Assembly (NCBI GenBank): GCA_964016885.1
Contig: OZ024745.1
Span: 50,902,001-50,966,000 of the forward strand
Length of the DNA: 64,000 nt
From: Eledone cirrhosa
Lineage: Eukaryota
Direction of reading: 5' to 3'
Below, piece by piece: positions 58,661 through 64,000 of the stretch. Made by a program: the position numbers and the translations under genes. Numbering within the stretch: the stretch's first letter is position 1; the number at the start of each line of letters is the position of its first letter. The notes beneath the pieces were generated by a model that saw only the letters and a program-made list of their open reading frames with translations, was not told the DNA's origin and did no database searches.

Positions 58661-59640
58661 CATCAGATATTTAGCGTTGTCAAAGACCGTCAGTCCCTCC
58701 AAGTATCACAACAGTTACTAAACGTAAACGAACAGGTGTTTTCAATATGTGTATTAGACAACACACTATCACACACACACACATTTAAATGTTGGACTTG
58801 ATGTTGGATTTAAGGTTAATGTTGGTGTTATTTCTAACTTTGTTTGCCGTTGCCATATGCATGCCTACACATCAAGCCACTGGTATATTCCATTTATGCA
58901 TCCATTCCCTGTACATTTCATATATAATGTTATGAAAAGGATATTCTACACATTCCCTATATATATAACTTGTTTGTGTATACCTAGACGTTTCCCCGTG
59001 TCCACTTGTCATGAAATCTGTCTCATGTGCTTAGTTGATGTGCAGGTTCTTACCCAGTCCCTTGGATCCTCAGTCTTTATGTATATTATGTAACTCTATG
59101 CATCACAGTCTTTATGTATTTTATGTAACTTTATGCATATCCCACTAATATCTTGGTGGCTTGAACCGATACCTTCTTTACATCTTTTTCACGTATTTTC
59201 TGTACGTACACGCATTTATATATGTACCTCCCATGTTATTTGTCATTAGTATGTGGCTGCTACGTAATTCTTACATTTATGCATATTATGCATGAACTTA
59301 CGGGCATATATGGCCTCATGAATGTATTGGGTCCCACGTCTCACGAAGGTTTTTTCATATAATGTTTTATGCGTCCTCTGCACATTGGCGTGTGTGTAGA
59401 TATGTAGGTATTCGTCAAGTATGTGTTTTTTTAAAGATGTATACGCATACTCATGTGCATGCGTATGCGTGGGTATATATATATGTATATGTATGTATAA
59501 CCAAAAGTTTATATGGTTCGTTGATTACTCAACGACTATAATTTTACAATAGATTAGAAGCACTCGACAGTTTTTATCTGGAGTATTTAATATTATTCAG
59601 AATATTAATAAATGAAAAATATTCTCATAACCAAAATATA

Positions 59641-59703
59641 TATTTTATTATACATATTTCAAAGGTACAATGGTGTTTCAGTACGTTTTCATCAGATAAA
59701 ATA
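59641..59703 (-). ncRNA. Type I hammerhead ribozyme, intact core
   Basis: TATTTTAT-CTGATGA-AAAcGTAC...GTACcTTT-GAAA-TATGTA-TA-ATAAAATA, within the inverted repeat 59591-59645/59757-59813. Confidence 0.8.
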
Positions 59704-60615
59704 TATGAGAGATTGGATATACGACGTACCGCTAAGGTTTTGATTATTCAATTCCTTAAAATATATAATTTGGTTATGAGAATATTTTTCATTTATTAAT
59801 ATTTTGAATAATATATGTATATATATTTTTTCAAGTATATGTATGTATATATATTTTTTCAAGTATATGCTTTCCTAGTACAGTGTGTGTATATATATAT
59901 ATATATATATGTATGTATATTTGTTAGAAATACTTTTGAAATAATTTTTTGAGAGGCTCTTTTAAGCGTTTTTTAAAATGTTTGTTAAAATGTGTGTTTT
60001 TAAGCTGTGTTTTTTAAAGTATTTTTTAAATGTCTTTATATAGTTTCTGCGCAATTGCTACGTATTCATTGTACCCTTCAGTATGCATTGTATCTATACG
60101 CCTCTATGTGTGTGTGTATATATATGTATAGAGATATATATGTATCTGTATAATTTTTACTGATATAGGCATCTCTCCAAGTATATGTACAGACATGTTT
60201 TTCCATGTTTTTCTAAGTTTTAAAAAATGTTTTCGAAGTATTCGCTGCACATTTAATATTTACTGTGATTTTCGTATATAATACAGTTTCAAGTGTGCCC
60301 ATATGTATTGCGCTTGTGCGCACCATGGATACGTGTGTGGGTGTCTACAGGCGGTGACGGCTGTGGCAGTGCGCGGGCGTTTCACTCATACAACCCCTTA
60401 CCTCCTACCGCAGTAATTCCGCTAAAAGGACCAACTTTGATTGACAGGTGACATATGAATGTAACGAGAAAAATGGACGGCCACGAGAGGTCAGAAATAC
60501 CGATGACGTGTACAATTCTTGACCACTCATCGATTGACAAGAACAAGATAGAAGCTAACGAGCAAAGGCCGGCGGGATAAACAGGACATTTGGAAACTCT
60601 GCTTCGAGGGATTGA

Positions 60616-60710
60616 GACGTATTTGAAGAACTTGCGATTTCAGAGTCAGGTTTGATCATCGCATCGATCGTGCCTCGAGCTGGTCGCCAGAGAAACGATT
60701 GCAATATGTC
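60616..60710 (+). ncRNA. Degenerate copy of the 55994 hammerhead
   Basis: GACGTAT-TTGAAGA...GAAA-CGATTG-CA-ATATGTC. The 3' flank to ~60840 matches 56090-56215. Confidence 0.65.
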
Positions 60711-61844
60711 TAATAAATTCTAATTCGTCGCACCACTGATTCTCCGATTCTTATGTGATAGTATACTCTGCTCTGTAAGAGCATCGAGTGCTCAAACGGC
60801 CTACCGCATACGGACGCTTTAAGCATGCCACACCAAATATATATTAGTGAATGTAGAGGATTGACTATGAGCTCGAGGGTTTCGATTAATTACCTCTTTC
60901 AAATATAAAGAAAAAGGGAAAGAGAGAGAAAGATATACAGAGAGAACACATCTTGTGCTCAATGAATTTTAATAACAGTTTTAGGACGTTTTTGACCGCA
61001 CAGCGTTCGTGAAACAGTCGGAAAAAGGACTGTGCAGATATTATATTACGACTGTATTATCTGTATTTTGATCTGGTTGGTACACTCTCCAATCAGAACT
61101 GACCAGAATACATTAGTCATTAAGATGATAATGAGCAGAGACAGGATATTGCAAAACAGGATATTGCAAATCCACCGTGAAAAGACTAGATTTATTTTCC
61201 ATTTCGTTTATGAAAAACATTTTCTTCGCGTCAAAATTCCGGTTAACGGTCTGTTGGTTTGCCGGTATTACATACAAGTATTTTATTAAAACTCAAGAAT
61301 ACAACCGATACATTCTTTATTCATATATAAAGCTTACATTGTTTGATGATAACAGAAATATCTATTTCCTGAGAGTAGTCAAGGGATTATCAATTCGACA
61401 AAACGAAACAATTTTGTAATAGATTGTAACATATGATGTACACGAGAACTAATAAACATTATAGAAGAAAATGTACGAATTGTTCAACGCACCATACAAA
61501 TGGATTACTTCTTTATTTATGATAACAAACTTTGTTCATGTACATTGAAAATTTATGAGTGATAAATTAGACAAGAATATACATTCTACTTCTTGCTATG
61601 ATATTTGATTCATAAGAATCCGGATGTTGTTCCAGCTATTCCAATTACACCGTGTAACATATATTTTCTTCCCCGGTTCTAAGTCTTATTTCCTGGTTTG
61701 TTATATCCCATTATTATTAAAAAAAACACTATTATTTAATCAGAAGTTTGGGTTTGTGGTCAGAAATTTGATATTTCGAAATTTTATCGGGGCTATCTTT
61801 TTTACGAACTGCATTGTACAGTGTTTTGGCCACTACATCATGCC

Positions 61845-62730
61845 TCATAGGTAGATAGTACCACGATGACATCTTCGGATGACATGGGTGATATCCTCGA
61901 TGTTAGTTCTGCAGAGTCTGCACTTGTTATCACATCTAGGTGTTTTGCTTGCATCCCTATCTCTTTTGTGAATCAGGTATTTCCTGTTAATCTCCTGTTG
62001 TTGGATTGCAAAAGCGTATACTTCAAAGTGGGAGCCAATATAGCGGTTGTTGGTCCAAGATAGACTATTTTCCTTATCTATATTACTCTCACTCTGGAGC
62101 TTCCTGGCAACATATCCATGCATGATTTTTTGCTGATAAGTATGTAGTTTTTCATCCATGAATTCACTGCGATACTGCTGAGCGACTTCCCTGGGTCTGA
62201 GTTTTTGATTATCACACAGGGAATATCTCTCGAGGAGTTCCTTCCCAACTCTCATGATCTTATCTGTTTCATGCAGATAGACTTGCTCGAGAAACGGGCT
62301 CCTACGCTTCGAGGTTCGTAGATGTTGTCGGAGAGATATGATGCGACATTCAAATGTTGTCTGGACTGATGTTAGGCCTATGCCTCCCTGCTTACGTTTC
62401 AAGTAAAGCCGGTCTATGTCACTGTTGATGTGGAAGTTTCCGGTGCTGTTTAGTATTTTTCGAGTTCCAACATCAACTGCTCGGAATTCGTCTATCGTCC
62501 AATTGAGTATTCCAAACGTTGGTGTTAGGACAGGCACAGCAAACACATTGTGAGCCACTGTTTTGTTTTGCGCGGAGAATTCCGATGACCAGATCTTTCT
62601 TAATCGGGTGTAGTATTCCCTGGTTACGCGTTTTTTTTTTATTACAGATACCATTATAGGATATGTTCTCATCTATCCCCAGGTATCTGTGGCAGTCCTC
62701 ATCAGATATCGGTGAAATATTGATATTATA
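61845..62730 (-). mobile_element. R4/Dong-like non-LTR retrotransposon fragment
   Basis: AVPVLTPTFGILNW, DIDRLYLKRKQGGIGL, FAIQQQEI and CRLCRTNIEDITHV motifs. Confidence 0.88.
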
Positions 62731-62972
62731 CCCCAGAAAACTGTCGAGTGCTTCGAACCTGTTATAAATATATTTGTTGAATTACCAACAAATTAAATAT
62801 CCCTTTGCTTCTATATATATATATATATATATATTCATTAGTTAAGCAAAACAAGACCACAAATTTCACAAGGAAGACATTATTAAAAGATTGTCAACAT
62901 AGTTTTAGTTTGATATAAGGAATATAGAGAATATTAATAATAATATTAATAATATTAATAATAATAATGACC

Positions 62973-63091
62973 GTTTACAATTGTTTCGCTACTCCATATA
63001 ATGTTTCTGGATTAAATGATTATAGATCATTATTGATCTGGTTCAGTTGAAAATAATTAACTTAGGTACGATTAGAGCAGCTCATCGGAAC
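62973..63091 (-). ncRNA. Type I hammerhead motif with very long loop II (U4C variant)
   Basis: GTT-CCGATGA-GCTGCTCT...(~80 nt)...GGAGTAGC-GAAA-CAATTG-TA-AAC. Confidence 0.68.
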
Positions 63092-63388
63092 TTCAAAAGG
63101 AATATAAATTAAAATAAGGAAAGAATGTTACATGAATGTAATGTTCCATATATTGGTATTTCACTATGGTGTCCTGGGTATATATATTGTCTGCCATAGT
63201 CGGGCAGTATTCTTCTGTCGAGTCTGCATTGTGTGAGATCTGCCTATGGGTAACAGCCACCTAGCTGCCTTCCACTGCATATTGCACATTGAGCACATGC
63301 CTTTACGCTTTGGCTTCTAACTAATTCACCAATCTCGCTTCTCCTCTCCTATCTCCATCTCTCTCTTTAAGATTGGTTACTCTTGAAC

Positions 63389-63419
<31 letters not shown>

Positions 63420-63462
63420 TTCTCAGATGTGAGAAAAACCACAGACCCTCCATCTCAACTCA

Positions 63463-63500
63463 CCCTTTGAAAAGCAGAAGAACTGCGAAACCGGTAAAGG
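63463..63500 (+). ncRNA. Minimal hammerhead motif with U3-A8 core variant
   Basis: CCCT-TTGAAAA-GCAG(aagaa)CTGC-GAAA-CCGG-TA-AAGG. Confidence 0.6.
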
Positions 63501-63634
63501 AACCAAATAAATATATATATTTAAAAAAAAAATAAGACTCCAGTTGCATTTTCGATTTCATCTCTTTTTCTTTATACTTTCACTCGTGTAGGACACCTCG
63601 GTTATTTTTCATTTTGTAAAAAAAAAAACCTCAC

Positions 63635-63693
<59 letters not shown>

Positions 63694-63697
<4 letters not shown>

Positions 63698-63817
63698 AAC
63701 GAGTAGGACCCCGACGGCTGAGCTCAAGCCGTTTCGACGGCTAATTCTGGACAATTCAGTCCAGAATTAGCCGTCGAAACGGCTTGAGCTCAGCCGTCGG
63801 GGCCCTACTCGTTCCTA
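63694..63817. repeat. Near-perfect 59-bp-arm hairpin containing the 3' half of a hammerhead
   Basis: Arms 63694-63752 and 63759-63817, one mismatch, 6-nt loop; each strand reads GAAA-CGGCT..AGCCG-TC. Confidence 0.9.
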
Positions 63818-63894
63818 TTACCCACTCTACTACCCTAAGTATTGAGTACTTTGGTGCGTTATGGTCCACCTGGTTCCTTACCACATTTCCTTCG

Positions 63895-63935
<41 letters not shown>

Positions 63936-64000
63936 CAAAGAAAGGGGTATTTAATTTGTTGGTAATTCAACAAATATATTTATATCAGATTCGAAGCACT

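Noticed and set aside
60885-61280. Possible 5' non-coding exon or promoter of the sulfotransferase
   Set aside because: Only a candidate donor (GAG|gtaatt near 60892) was seen; it cannot be supported without transcript data.

Overview
This is eukaryotic, AT-rich, repeat-dense genomic DNA, most likely from a cephalopod (inferred from the SINE, RTE and Penelope content and the long (TA)n tracts). One host gene can be assembled: a 7-coding-exon, minus-strand carbohydrate sulfotransferase of the CHST15/GalNAc4S-6ST type (48353 to 18067, 1284 nt CDS, 427 aa, all splice phases compatible). The rest is mostly transposon relics: CRE-like, R4/Dong-like and RTE LINEs, several Penelope-like elements (PLEs) with inverted pseudo-LTRs, a non-autonomous Helitron, many tRNA-derived SINEs, a 70-bp satellite and a 104-bp minisatellite. 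The most notable signal, not visible in the ORF track, is about 15 type-I hammerhead ribozyme (HHR) motifs from roughly 8 sequence families. Most have a palindromic (dimer-type) stem III. They include an HHR-bearing ~1.5 kb tandem unit (retrozyme-like) and an inverted-repeat cassette with HHRs on both strands, both inside intron 1 of the sulfotransferase. All calls were made by eye; no database search or folding program was run.
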